A stretch of 61,068 bases of DNA, the filler included, from Basidioascus undulatus (Eukaryota), in the NCBI GenBank assembly GCA_000826855.1. It is 4 parts of 4 records of this genome, joined end to end, with 100 filler letters (N's around TTAATTAATTAA, not from the genome) between each part and the next. Parts side by side here need not be neighbours in the genome. Positions count along the whole stretch, not along the records: positions 30,600 to 45,788 come from JTLS01000660.1; positions 45,889 to 61,068 come from JTLS01000661.1; 2 more parts are not named here. The stretch is one strand, 5' to 3'. Numbering within the stretch: position 1 is the first letter of the stretch; the number at the start of each line of letters is the position of its first letter. Below the pieces are notes generated by a model. That model had not been told where the DNA came from. It searched no databases and worked only from the letters and a program-made list of their open reading frames with translations. Below, in pieces: positions 40,261 to 52,420 of this stretch. The position numbers were made by a program, and so were the translations under genes.

Positions 40261-40824
40261 GCACGCCCTCGCGCCTTTCTCTCGTGAAAGCCTCTTATGT
40301 TTTCAATAGAACATCTGAACGGTTGGGAAAATATTCACATTCGAGGGGCATCTGGCGCGATCTCAAAGTACGCCATGATTATCGCTGGACGTTATCGCGG
40401 TGCCGACTTGCGTCACGGAAGCTCCAACCCTGTCCTCTCATGACCTTCTTCCGCTTTCGCAGAGTCAAGCTGTAGGGCTGTCCAATTTTTGGAACGATCC
40501 TTTGGTGTAAGACCGATGGGATCGTCCTGCCTGATGGGCTGAGTCGAGTGCCTGGAGGTGCTTTAGCAGTGCGCAGGAGCCGAAAACCCTGATTTCATGA
40601 AAGCTCTCACACAAGGTGAAGTCTGTTGCTCCCAGTCGACTACAGCGTGTCCTGTTATCCATTGTCAAATACTAGCGACCTATCTGGGCGGCGAAAATGA
40701 TGCGTCGCGGTGCAGCTTTCACGGCGTTAACGCGCTTGCGGACCGCGTGTGATTTTACATCTCAGCTTGCTTCACGACGTTCAACTTCATTTCCTGCTCC
40801 CTTGTTCTTCGTTGCCTTGTCTTC

Positions 40825-41194
40825 ATGCGGTCACGGTCTAAGCACGCCCCGCCCGAAACGCTCTTCGCGATCCGCTCCCACCTCGACATCCCCTCTCACC
40901 TCGCGCTCTCCCAAACCTGCCGAGCGCTACGGGACGCTTACTCGAACCCCGCAGTCTGGCGCGCCGCGCTCAACGCCAACGGGATCAGGCTGCCGGTGGC
41001 CGTAGATGTTCGACGACTTCGGGCCGTACCTTCCCGAGTCGCTGCAGGACGATTTGAAGGCTAAGCAGATGCGCTTAATGGAGGCGCTGCAGGAGCAGTA
41101 CATGGAGCTGTACTGGGAAGGCTTCTTTGAGCCTGAGCCGAGCAAAGCCCAGCTGCAAGCTTACTGCGCAGTTTGCGGGAGCTATTGCTACTGA
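40825..41194 (+). pseudogene. F-box-like protein fragment
   Basis: PPETLFAIRSHLDIPSHLALSQTCRALRDAYSNPAVWR fits an F-box pattern; frame break near 41005. Confidence 0.45.
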
Positions 41195-41813
41195 GGGAGT
41201 GCTGTGCGGCTCGAGGGTAGGACTATATAATGATTTTCTTAACTCTGTTTGCCCGCTATGCGTCTGTAGGAGTTGAAAGAACGCGGATGCGATTTGAATG
41301 CCTGTTAGACCCTTGGGACCGCGTTACTTTACTTGTAAAGCTCTTATGCAGCAACTCGGCCACGGACGTGCCTGTTGACTCTTCTTTTGTACTATACAGT
41401 TTTCCGCCTCATTTCAGCAAGCCTTCCTTGTTTCGGGCTATTATACTCAAAAGGTCAAACACAGCGACCCGCTCGAGCGCCGGTTGACTTGCATCAGCCG
41501 CCACGTCGTTGAACACCAAGAAATATGCGAGAAAACACGAATTCTTATTTATTCCACTTACAGGTCGATCTACGTGCGGAGTGTCAAAGAAGGACATGCT
41601 AAAGTTGCTTAGACTGCTGGCGCAGTATAATACAAGTGCTGTCGACGGGGGCGCCTGCACTCAGCCGTGGCTGCGTATGTTTGGTCGCCTTGTCACATGC
41701 AAGGGATGAGAGTGGTTGTTCTCCTGTAAATTCTTGATCACATGATAAAAAGAGGCGCACAATGGTTCACAGACGCTGGGGTGCACACAATGCATGGCTC
41801 ACACGCACAACCT

Positions 41814-41848
41814 CTGCCCGCAACGTCTGCCCGCAACGTCTGCCCGCA
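41814..41848 (+). repeat. Tandem repeat, 13-bp unit CTGCCCGCAACGT, about 2.7 copies
   Basis: ctgcccgcaacgt ctgcccgcaacgt ctgcccgca. Confidence 0.85.
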
Positions 41849-42353
41849 GAGCAATGGTAGGCAGCACAACGTTTTCTGAGAGCACAAGCTGAAAGGAAGA
41901 GCGTATTGAAATTTCTCGATCACTCAGAATCATAGATCAGCAGTCTCCGCTGAGCGATGCGGTGATGGCCGTCATGGCTGCCTCCCTTTGTCCCTTCTCC
42001 GCCTCTGCAGACTGTCGACAGCCCCTTTCTGCGTAGTCCCTTCGCCCCCTTGATAGCTCAGAGGCCCGCCCGTTCCGGAGACCACTGTACGGAAATATCC
42101 CATCCGCAATTAAGCCATCTGCAAGCACGCCGGAGCATGACAGAAGCGAACTCTGGAATATCCTGGCAACTCACCCGCTGTCCGGTGCTCAGCCGCGTGC
42201 TGAGGGCTGCCGCACGTACACGTGGAACCGAACGATGCCCACCTGGCCACCACTTCTCACTTCCCGTCACCATCCTCCCCAGCCGTTTTCGATCTATCGA
42301 CAACTTGTCCCCACACACTCATCTACTCTCCCTATTCAAGTCCCTTCATCATC

Positions 42354-43330
42354 ATGTCCATCCCGCCGCACCCGGTCGAGATTCACAAATTCATCATTGA
42401 GGAGGCGCGCTCCCTCGCACCCCCTCACCTACGCTCGCCTCGCTCTGCTTGGCCTCATGCTCCTTCAATGAGCTCGCTACTCCTATTCCCTACTCTTCAA
42501 TTAGGCTGTCGGACAAGGTCCCGGCTTCGGGCGACGAAGAGTACGAGCACGGGGCAATCGACTTAAGCCAGGTCCCACAGTTCCTTCATACTGCAGACGC
42601 TCGCCCCGACGGCGCCTCCTCGTGCTTTTGCCCGGGGGTGCTCAGCCGGCGCTCGATGAGTACGCGAACTCTTGGGAAGCCTGTGCAAAGAGCCGCAGAT
42701 CTATGCGGCACTCAGTAGTATCAAGCGCCTCGCTACGGGCTATCACTTGCACTTCCTTCCTCCGAAAGCCGACTGGCTCCTGGGCATGCAGAGCCTCACA
42801 CATCTGGCTATCTGAATGTCTATGGAATGCTTCTATTCGATAAAGAGATTATTCGCGGGCTGGAAAGTTTCATGTCGCTTTCACCCAGTTTGCAGAAGAT
42901 GATATTCGTTGTCCGCCCGAAGCAATCCATTTCAGCTGGCAGCACTGTGCAGTCTCTCACGGTCGCCTTACTAGACGAAGTCAAACCGGGGTTGTCACCT
43001 CCGCTTTTCGCCAAGATCGTGGCTCTTCTCTGGGGCCTGCCCGGGAATGCAATGATCGGATCACCGATGGGACGCTATGGGATCCGGAGGAATAGGGAGG
43101 AGCGAGCGCTGTGTGTTCTGGCGGCGCGAGTGCTGTTGCGATGCGGTTGCGTTGCTTGCACGGTACTGTGGTAGTGTGGATGCTGGGAGGAGAGGTCAAG
43201 CGCTGGGTGGCAATACGCGAAGGTCGAGTTGCAAGTTTTGCTGCGCCGTTGTCTTGTGATATGACAAAATACAACTTTCGTCTTTACTTCGGCTCGCTAA
43301 AACCCTTTTTGTGCGTGTTTAGGTGTGTGT
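42354..43330 (+). pseudogene. F-box-like protein pseudogene
   Basis: MSIPPHPVEIHKFIIEEA, frameshift, SLCLASCSFNELATPIPYSSIRL; the downstream frames are broken and the 3' end is approximate. Confidence 0.4.
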
Positions 43331-44467
43331 GAAGCATCAGTAACATACCCGCGGCCGTGAGAGGGCGCACGGAAGTCTGCCTCCGCACCAGACTGTGCGG
43401 CAATCCGATGCACCGACTGGCGACTACCCATCGGCCTCAGGCCTCCTCACGGTCCGTTGGGTCTACTCCGACTTAAGATAAGGTACAGATATTTCTAGGC
43501 TATGTATATTGCACTTCCATGGCCCATCGCTGGTGCGGTGTCCGTTAGCTTTTGCAGCCTGTGTCGAAAGCTCAAAATCATGTGGCTGCCCCTTTTCAGC
43601 CCGGAAGCCCAGCAGGGAATTTGTAAGCTAGAGTTTACAGGAGAATCTACCGGAGCGACTAGGTCTGTCGCGGCACGGGAACGGGTGTGCGGTGCCGTTA
43701 AAGACTGTCGCGACTGTCGGCTCGCAGCGCACAAGCAAGAATAAGAGCGTTCTTTGCCGGGGCTAGTCGGGGCTCTAAAGAGGCAAAAAGAAGTGAAGGG
43801 AACGGTTGCATGACCGATGGTGCATCAGATCACAGACGTTACAGCTCGCGAGGTGGCGTCTGAACGTCGTGAGCGAGCTCTCGGGGTCGATCGAAACCCA
43901 CTGCCCCTTCACAAGATCCCAGAGAAAGTATATAACCATGAAATCCAAGAAGGTACAGCATCCGGTCCATGATAAACGAGTCGTGGGCGTTCAGATGTGA
44001 TCAAGAATTTTGATCCGCAGCGCGACAGCGCGCCCGGTGCCTGTGCCCAGTTCTCTACGTGTGACGTGGACTTCATCGCTCTATATATAATTGAAAAAAT
44101 TGTGTAGGGGAAGTCGAAGGAAAATAATAAGTAGTAAACGGGCGATTGAGTTATGCCTGCTGCCCCTCAGGGACCATGCACAGCTGTAGCAGTCCCGTCT
44201 TCCGAGCATAGCAGCTGCAGGTTACCAGTCGTACGGAATGGTAACCCAAACCGTGACGTTTAGTGCACACCCCGACACCAACACGCATCTCCCGACCCCG
44301 GAACCCGTTGAGCAAGACAGTCTGCCCTTCGCCCAAGCGGACGGCATATCCGCTCCCTCCCGCTCCTCCTCAACCGGTGCAGGGTAACTCCTCACTTCCG
44401 CTCCTTGACACGACTGCGCGCGGTGTCTGAAGTTCCGGTGAAGCTTATATTGATCACGGCTCTCATC

Positions 44468-45788
44468 TTACGCCCTCTTTACCGCTTCCTTCGTAGCGAC
44501 CTCCTCCGTCCACTTCCGGCGCTGCCACTCGAGCACGATCGGCACCATGTCCCAGAGGCCGATGTCGGGCCAGTAGGTGTCGACGAAGTGCAGGGAGGCG
44601 TTGTCTTGCGATACCTGCGAGCAAGCGCAGCGAGCATACCCCCACCCGTCAGCTTCTTTCTTCCCGAGTGAGAACTGACGGGTAGAAAGAGGCACGGCGG
44701 AGGGGGGGCAAGGGAGGAAGGGAAAGGGAAAAGGAAGGGAAAGAGGGAAAGGGAAAGTGGGGAGGGGAAAGCGACGCACCTGCCACATCAAAAAGTCCGA
44801 AAGCCGGTGCACGCCGGATGTGCGCACGAGGATGTCGAGTGGGGGGGAGCGGGCGGTAGAGAGGGATTGGGCGAAGGAGGGTTTGGGGCTGTGTCCCGCG
44901 CTCGGGGTCAGGATCGGAATGGAGAGGACGGAGGAATGAAGAAGAGGAGAAGGAGAGGAAGAAGGGGGAAGGGGACAAGGGGAGTTGGAAGGAAGCAAAA
45001 GGAGGACGCACAAGAGCTCCCCAGCGTATGAGGAGACGGCTGTGGTCATCTCGTCCCGGGACGTGTAGGGGCAGCAGATGTTGAGGATGGCGCTGAGGGG
45101 GAGGGGAACGTGAGTCTGAGCTGGGACGAAAAGAGAAGTGGAAGGCAAGGAAGAGGGGAGAGGGCAAAGGGGAAAGGGAGAAGAAGGGGAAGAGGAAACG
45201 GGAAACGGGGAAGGGGAAGGGGAAGATATAAGGGGAAGGGGAAGAGATAAGGGGAAGGGGAAAGAAGGGGCGAAGGGAAAGCACGCACCCGTCATTGTCC
45301 CTCGTCAGGTCCTCGATCTCGCGCATGGTCGCGAGGACGTCGGGCGGGAGGAGGGACGTGCGGCCAAGAAGGGATACGCGGATGTTATGGCGGTGTATCA
45401 GATCGCTTTACCGCAAGCACATCAGTCCTGCCTTCGAGAGAATCACCGCAATGGGAGTGGGGAGTGCTCACCCGTGCCTCGCCAACTCCGTCAGCTTCTC
45501 CCTCGCCAGCCCCATCAGCGCGTCCACCTCCTCCCTCGGCCTCCCAAAGTTCTCAATACTGAACGCATACACGCTGACGCATCGCACGCCGAGGCGCATG
45601 CACAGCTCGAGCACCCTGCGCAAGCCCGTGAACCCGGCGGTGTGCCCGGTCGAGACGGGGAGGTGCCGCGTGCGCGCGTAGCGGCGGTTGCCGTCCATTA
45701 CGAACGCGATATGCTGTGGGATGGGCCCGGCGGAGAGGAGGGAGAGCAGGAGGCGCGAGGGGAGGGAGAAGGCGCTGGGGTTTTTGCT
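44468..45788 (-). CDS. RER2: cis-prenyltransferase / dehydrodolichyl diphosphate synthase (Rer2/Srt1); 5' end cut by contig end
   Basis: [82 protein letters not shown]...KRA*. Confidence 0.92.
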
Positions 45789-45888
45789 NNNNNNNNNNNN
45801 NNNNNNNNNNNNNNNNNNNNNNNNNNNNNNNNTTAATTAATTAANNNNNNNNNNNNNNNNNNNNNNNNNNNNNNNNNNNNNNNNNNNN
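45789..45888. other. Artificial contig linker
   Basis: N44-TTAATTAATTAA-N44. Confidence 0.98.
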
Positions 45889-46200
45889 GAGGTGCAAGGC
45901 TGGGACCGGGTCATGGCGCTGAACGTCAAGTCTCTCTTCTACGGTGGGTACCTTCCCTCCCGCCCCTGCCCCCTCCTTCGATCTGACCTAGCTCTGGCTC
46001 TGACGGAACTTTGAGGGAGAAACAGGCGGGCCCGACGCCCAAGCAGGCGCGACCTTCTTCCGAAAGCGGTTCATGACGCTCAATAGGTCAAAGGAGCAGC
46101 ATGTCTATCCGCAGTGCGTGCTTTGCCTCTCCTTCTTTCCTTCTTTCACTGACACCCCCGGCTAGCCAAACGACCGCCACCGACCCGGCCCTCGTGAAGA
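45889..46200 (+). pseudogene. Short-chain dehydrogenase/reductase fragment
   Basis: EVQGWDRVMALNVKSLFY followed by a donor; weak remnant TATDPA downstream; no YxxxK exon found before URA4. Confidence 0.4.
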
Positions 46201-46856
46201 AGGTTTGGATATCCGTCCGAGAGTGCGTTCCTCCTTGGCTTGGCTCGTCTTTGACGTGCAAACTGACCGCTGCTGAGGGACAACAGTACCATCCTCTCGA
46301 ACCATCTGCGCGAGCTCAAACTCGTCTAATCACCACGCGCCCTTTCCCCATTTTTCTTCTCACCTCTCCCCCGCCCCTCCTTGCCTCCCGTTTCCCACTC
46401 CCATCGCAGACCTCCGATCTCCTGCCCGGTTTCCCCGATGCGCCCCTCACCTTCATTTGGGTCTCTCTCTTTTCCAGTGAATCGCATGATACCCCTCTCT
46501 TGTTACGATTCTTACGCGCACAAGCATGTTGTATTCGTATTTGACACCTCACGTACTCGCCTTGATTACCCCTGCCAGAGATAGGGACATTCCTCTCTCG
46601 CTCGGTCGTATACACTACTAGCGACTTGCATGCACACTAATTGTACACTTCTGTACATTCTGAAGATGGTGTGAGGTGCTTGAAGTTGGAAGATCATCAG
46701 TCTTTCCTACTTGGGTGCCAGCTTGCCGCGTTATCGGGCCTTCCTCGGCGCTGCGGGCACTTCCCCCGCGCCACTCCCAGCGTCTTCCCACTTGGCCTTC
46801 TCCCCTGTTCTGCCCTGCCTTCTCCGTCCCACACGCTCCCCATTCAAACCTCAGCG

Positions 46857-48319
46857 ATGGCCGCTCCCGAGACGATCACGGTCCCCTCTCCGTCAGACTT
46901 CCACTGCCACTTGCGGCAGGGCGCGATGTGCGCGCTCGTGACGCCGCTCGTCGAGCAGGGCGGCATCTCGACCTGCTTGGTTATGGTTCGTCCTTTCTGC
47001 CCGCAACATGTGAAGGAGGGAGACCGCTCATTGTTCTGAACGAATATTCTTCAACATTTCAACAGCCCAACCTGCAACCGCCCATCACCACCGTGGACCA
47101 AGCGGTGTCGTACAGGGCCGAGCTGCAGCGGCTCGCGCCCTCGGTCCACTTCCTCATGACGCTCTACCTCTCGCCCTCCCTCACCCCCGATGAGATCTGC
47201 AAAGCCTCCAAAGCGGGCATTACTGGTCCCTCCTTCCCCTCCCCTGCCCTTCCTCCCTCCCCCTGCTGATAGAGGAGTCCGCTCCCCTCCCCCTCTCAGG
47301 TGTCAAGTCCTACCCGCGCGGGGTGACGACCAACTCGGACGGCGGGATCGAGAGCTACGAAGCGTACTACCCGGTGTTCAAGGCGATGGAGGAGGAGAAC
47401 ATGATCCTGAATCTGCATGGCGAGGTGCCGAGCTCGGAGGAGAATGCGCGTTGCGTGGAGGTGTTGCAAGGAGGGAGAACGCCGGCTGATGAGGAGGGAG
47501 GGGACGGAACAGGGAATCACGGTCCTCAACGCAGAGGAAGCGTTCCTCCCCCAGCTGGACAAGCTCGTCAAGGCGTTCCCGCGCCTGCGCATCGTGGTCG
47601 AGCACGCGACGACCAGGGCCGCAGTCGAGAAGGTGCATTGCCTTTCCTCCCCTCGCTCTCTCCGAGTGCTTATCCAGAGGCTCGTCGGGATCTCCAGGTC
47701 AAGTTGCTGCCCGACACAGTCGCCTGCTCCATCACGGCGCACCACCTGCAGCTCATCGTCGACGACTGGGCCGGCCAAGGCTTCAACTACTGCAAGCCCG
47801 TCGCGAAGAAGTGGGAGGATCGCGCCGCCCTGCGGGATGTGATCAAGTCCGGTCCGTCTTCCCTCCCCCTACCTCTCCTTCCCATCTACTCTCCTCCCTC
47901 GCTCACCCCACATTCCCCACCCAGGCCACCCGCGCTTCTTCCTCGGCTCCGACTCCGCCCCTCACCCACTGCACAACAAGCTTCCTACCCCGCCCACGCA
48001 TGACGCGTCCACGAACACGCACACGCCCGCATGCGGCTGCGCCGCGGGGCTCTTCACTTCCCCGATTCTCCTTCCGCTCACCGCGCACCTCCTCGAGTCC
48101 TTCGGCGCGCTCGACCAGCTCGAGGCTTTCACTTCGACGAACGGGAGGAAGTTCTACCAGCTCAGCGAGGAGGGGAAGGCGTCCGTCACGCTGCGGAGGA
48201 CTAAGGAGGACGGAGGCGTCGTGCCGGTTCGGTATACCGGTGAGGGCACGGAGGGGGAGAAGGGCGTCGTGCCGTTCTGGGCAGGGAAGAGGCTCGGGTG
48301 GGAGGTCGTTCGTGAGTAG
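46857..48319 (+). CDS. URA4: Dihydroorotase (class II, homodimeric); multi-exon
   Basis: DFHCHLRQG, VMPNLQPPITT, FLMTLYL, GVKSYPRGVTTNS, LNLHGE, IVVEHATT, SITAHHL, YCKPVAK, FFLGSDSAPHP, VVPFWAGKRLGWEV; TAG 48317-48319. Confidence 0.95.
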
Positions 48320-48578
48320 ATCGCTGGAGAGCGCGAGGATCGGATGATATTATACGGTCAGGATTGCGACCCGAGGTGAAAGTCTGACTGGTTGAGTCGA
48401 GCACTCACTGCTTCCTCATCACCCACTGCGTCTTCCTCGCTTACTGCTCATCCTCGATGCTATCAAATGTCCTACAGAAACTAACTAGAACTCGCTCGGT
48501 GCACATAATCTCGATCTGCGTAACTCATCGTCCGTACGCCTACGCGCGCCGCACCTCCGCATAAGTTCCACACTGCCT

Positions 48579-50291
48579 CTACGCCCGCACCTCGACCAGC
48601 GCGCCCTCCTCCCTCTTCTCCATCTCCCTCTTCGTCGCTTCCTCAGCCTCCTTATCCGTCTGCGTCTGCACCTCGACCGACTTGCCGCCCACAGCCTCGC
48701 CCGTCGGGGGGTACTCGTGCTCGGCGCCCAGCTCGTTCGAAGCGTCCGCAACGCGCGGCGCGGGCGGGAAGACATCCGCCGGCGGCGCGGCGGGCGCCCC
48801 GGTCCAGGAGTCCTGTGTACGCTCCGATGGCGAGAACAGCGACGGCGGGACCTGCTCGATTGTTGGACCCTCCGCCGGTGCATCATCCGCTGCTATGCTC
48901 CCCTGCTGGTCCGGGGCGTCTTGCCGCTCCGCCTTTGTCGGCTCCGCCGTCTCTGTCGTGGGGACTGCCTCCCGGCTCTCGTCGCCCTGCGCAACGGCCT
49001 TTGTCGGCTCCGCCGTCTCTGTCGTGAGGACTGCCTCCCGGCTCTCGTCGCCCTGCGCAACAGGTACTGCCGCATGCTCCTCGGCGGGGTGCGCGGGAGC
49101 CGCGCGCTCCTGATGCGGTTCCGCGCTCTCCTGGTTTGATAGCTCGCTCTCCTCAGTCGAAGCAGCGATCTCCTGCGCCGGATCGTGCTCAACCGCCGCA
49201 TCCCTGACATTGTCGTCCTCCTGCGCTCCACCCGCGGCGCCCTCCTTGTCATCCTGCGCGGCGCCCAAAGGGGGCTCCGCGTCCGCCTGCGCCTGCGCCT
49301 CCTCCTCGGGCTTGGGCTTCTCCAGCATGACCCATGCCGGGCTCGCCGGCTGCTGCTCCTCAATCGCGGCGGTCTCGGCGTTCGAGACGCCCGCCGTCGG
49401 GCCCTTAGCCGCATGTTCCTCCTTCTCAGTCGCCTCCAGCGCAGCGTTCCACTCCCGCACGCTCTCCTCAAGCGAAGGCTCGGCCGGCTGGACCTCCGTC
49501 TTGTCCTCGTCCGTCGGGGCGGCGTCCACCGGCGGCGCAGCATCCCCCTGTGCTGCAGGCTCGACTATCGCGGCGCCTGCGGGATCAGCGACCTTCGGCT
49601 CGCCCTCCTTGGACGCGGACTTGGCCTTTCCGCCTTTCTTTGTGAGCGTCCGGCTCAGCAGCGGACCGGTCGCCGAACGGAACATCGTCGCGACTTTTTT
49701 GCGGGCTGAGACAGGGGGCGGGGGCGCCTCGGCCGCGGCGGCCGCGGCGGAAGGCGGGGCAGAGGTGTCGGACGCGGACGGCGTGACCGAGTCATGCTTC
49801 TCGCCTGACGTGCTCTATTATTCGTAATGACCAACACGTTCCGTGAGTACGAGTGGGACTTTCACTGGGAGAGATAAGCGGGAGCGAGCGGGCGCACCGA
49901 AGACGACGTCAGCCCACGCGCCTGCTGTTTCAGTCGCGCGACGACCTGCCCGAGCTGTGTGGTCCGCTTCGTGGGCGTGGGCTCGCGCTCCACAGCGTGC
50001 TCGGGGAACGGCGCGCGGTTGAGAGGGCCCGAGATCTTGAGCGTCGAGATTGAGACGGGGGGCGCTTCGATAGCGGAGCGTGTTCGGCTGGCGCAGCAGC
50101 CCCGTATCAGTCAATTAATCCAAATTTCGTCTGGGATGATTAGAGTGTAGCTTTTGGGAAGAAGCTTACTTTGATTGGCGCATGGATTTGGAGGTGAGGA
50201 GATGGCTGAGCGACCTGCTTGAGTTGGACGAAGGGAAGGAGGAGGAGTTGGAACGGGGAGAGGCGGAGGACGTCGACGGCGAGAGGGACAT
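48579..50291 (-). CDS. Hypothetical disordered, acidic Ala/Glu/Pro-rich protein; about 3 exons
   Basis: ATG 50291 (MSLSPSTSSAS...), donors GTAAGC and GTGCGC, long GC3-rich exon of over 360 codons (ORF 48579-49685). The exact 3' end is uncertain. Confidence 0.6.
48931..49062. repeat. 66-bp tandem duplication (22-aa repeat) inside coding exon
   Basis: 48931-48996 and 48997-49062 are near-identical; encodes VAQGDESREAV(L/P)TTETAEPTKA twice. Confidence 0.92.
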
Positions 50292-51593
50292 GGTTGCGCT
50301 CGGGAGGGGACGGACTGCCAAGGACGGGAAACTGTGTTCTTATTCTTGTTCGGAGCGGGAAGGAGAGTGAGAAGGTATACCTCCCCGAGGCGGGACTGCC
50401 AGACCCGCCTAGTGGGTAGTCGCTGCAGCCGCGGAGGCAGCACGCAAGGCCTGCCCGCGGTGGGGACGCAATTATATTTTGGAGATGCTTGCCCTTTTCG
50501 GGGGTTGTAAATAGCCTCGGCAGCTGTGCAACACTCGGTACCCCAACAGCAGCAGCGCAGCCTCGCGGCCTGCACAGATAGATCCGTGTGCTCGCAAAGT
50601 TTTCTCCTTGTGTCCCCTTAAGCGAAAAGAAGGAACCACAGGAAGCATAGTTAATTTTCAAGAGCTCTCCAGCTGTACGTTTAGCTGTTCTAAGCCGCTT
50701 GAGGCAACGTAGGAGTAGGCGGTGGAACGAGCGGTAGCAGGATCCGCATATGGGTGCGCTGCCCTGGACGACCACATCTTTTTTTCCCAGTCTCGATGCG
50801 GACGTTTGAGGAGATGCATATGATGGGATCACAATAAGGGCCTCACAAGTTGAACATCGTTAAATTCGAATGAAGGTTGCCACGACCGCACCGCGGGCCT
50901 TACTATCGCTTCTTGAGCCAGGACGTGCCGGTGGTTGTGACACCTCTTACTTCTTAAGACTAACCTTTTGAGCCCATACGGTCTCAAGTTTCGTTGTGCG
51001 GCGCGAGAAACACAGCTACTCATCGCCAGGCTTCTCGTGTATTTCTTGAGCTGTGCATTTTCAAACAAAGAGATATAGAGCAGCACCGATTCGCATTTAC
51101 GTGCCACTTGGTGTAGAAGAATAAGAAGGCTTTCCCGACGCCGCAAGCTTGCCATTTTCGACAGAACACTCAGTTAGCACGATTGCTGTGTCAAACCTCG
51201 GAGGGCAATGCTTACGTTGCTTGCAGCTAGGTCTTCTATCCAAATTTGCAAACTTGGACGTCTATTCACGAGCACAATCGGAAAGCAGCCTTTGAGCCAT
51301 AAAGACGCTGATACCCACAAGTGCACGCTCACTTGCGGAGATAGCGACCTTCCATACCTGCAGAAATGCGACGCCGTTCAACAGTAAGTGCTGCAGAGCA
51401 CACGCCTTTGTAAACAACAAGCAACAACAGCATATGAAAGCGTTACAAAAAACACAGTAGCTAGCGATGCAACTCGCCCGTCCCGACCTCTGACCCGCAC
51501 AGCCGATTGTCATGCCCCCTTCCCATCCTTTCCTCACACATTGTCCCAGCCCAACTCTCCTTCAACGTCCTACCACAACCTCGGGAGGGCGAG

Positions 51594-52420
51594 TTATTTT
51601 CCCATCTTTCCTGCCGCGCCCGGCGAGAGTGTCCTGCACTCGCTCTTCGTCCGCAGCTCCTCCGAGTCCTCCTCCCCCTCCATCTCCCTGATAAGGTCCG
51701 GCGTCCCCGCCCACGAAACCGCGCGTACGGTGTGGACGGGACGACGCACACCACCGTGGGCTGATCGCCTCCGCGGGTGCCCAAGCGCAGCGATATGCGC
51801 ACGGAACCCGTGCTCGTACTCCGCCATTCCTGGCAGGCCGATGCACGAGGTCGGGCGCGGGCGGCCGGAGGTAATGTTGCGATTGGTCTGGCAGAGTGAA
51901 GGCGCTACTGGCGCCGCGGCGAACGGGTCCTCGGGGAGGTCGAATGGGGGTGGAGGAGAGGATAAGCGGGCGAGGTGCGAGGACGGGAGGAAGAAGGAGC
52001 GCGTGGGGAAGGCAAGGGAGGAGGTGCGGGGCGGCGGTGTGGGTGGGCCGCTGGAGATGGAAGATGTAGGGGACGTGGGGGATGTGGGGCTCGTGGTGGT
52101 TGGAGATCCGGGGAAGGTCGCGGAGGAAGACCTAGGGGAAGACGAGGACGACCGGCGAGAGAAAAAGGCGGAGAGTGATCGGGGAGATCATCTCCATCGC
52201 TTGCGGCTCTCGCAGTCGGTCTTGGTGGTGGGTGGGAGCGCCCATGACCGTTCGGTGGAAGACTCGTTGATTGAGAGAAGGAGAGATGAACGCGAGTGGA
52301 AGCGCGGGAGAAGGAGCGGCGCCGAGTCGCTCATCCGATTTCTTGGAACCGACGCCGTATACGTAGGAACTTGGAGCTACAGGCCAGGGATGATGACGGG
52401 GGATGGTGAAGAGCGGCCAT
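51594..52420 (-). pseudogene. Ser/Pro-rich hypothetical gene or remnant
   Basis: Minus-strand frame LSAFFSRRSSSSSPRSSSATFPGSPTTTSPTSPTSP...FDLPEDPFAAAP...GK*, with stops near its 5' end; no family recognised. Confidence 0.3.
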
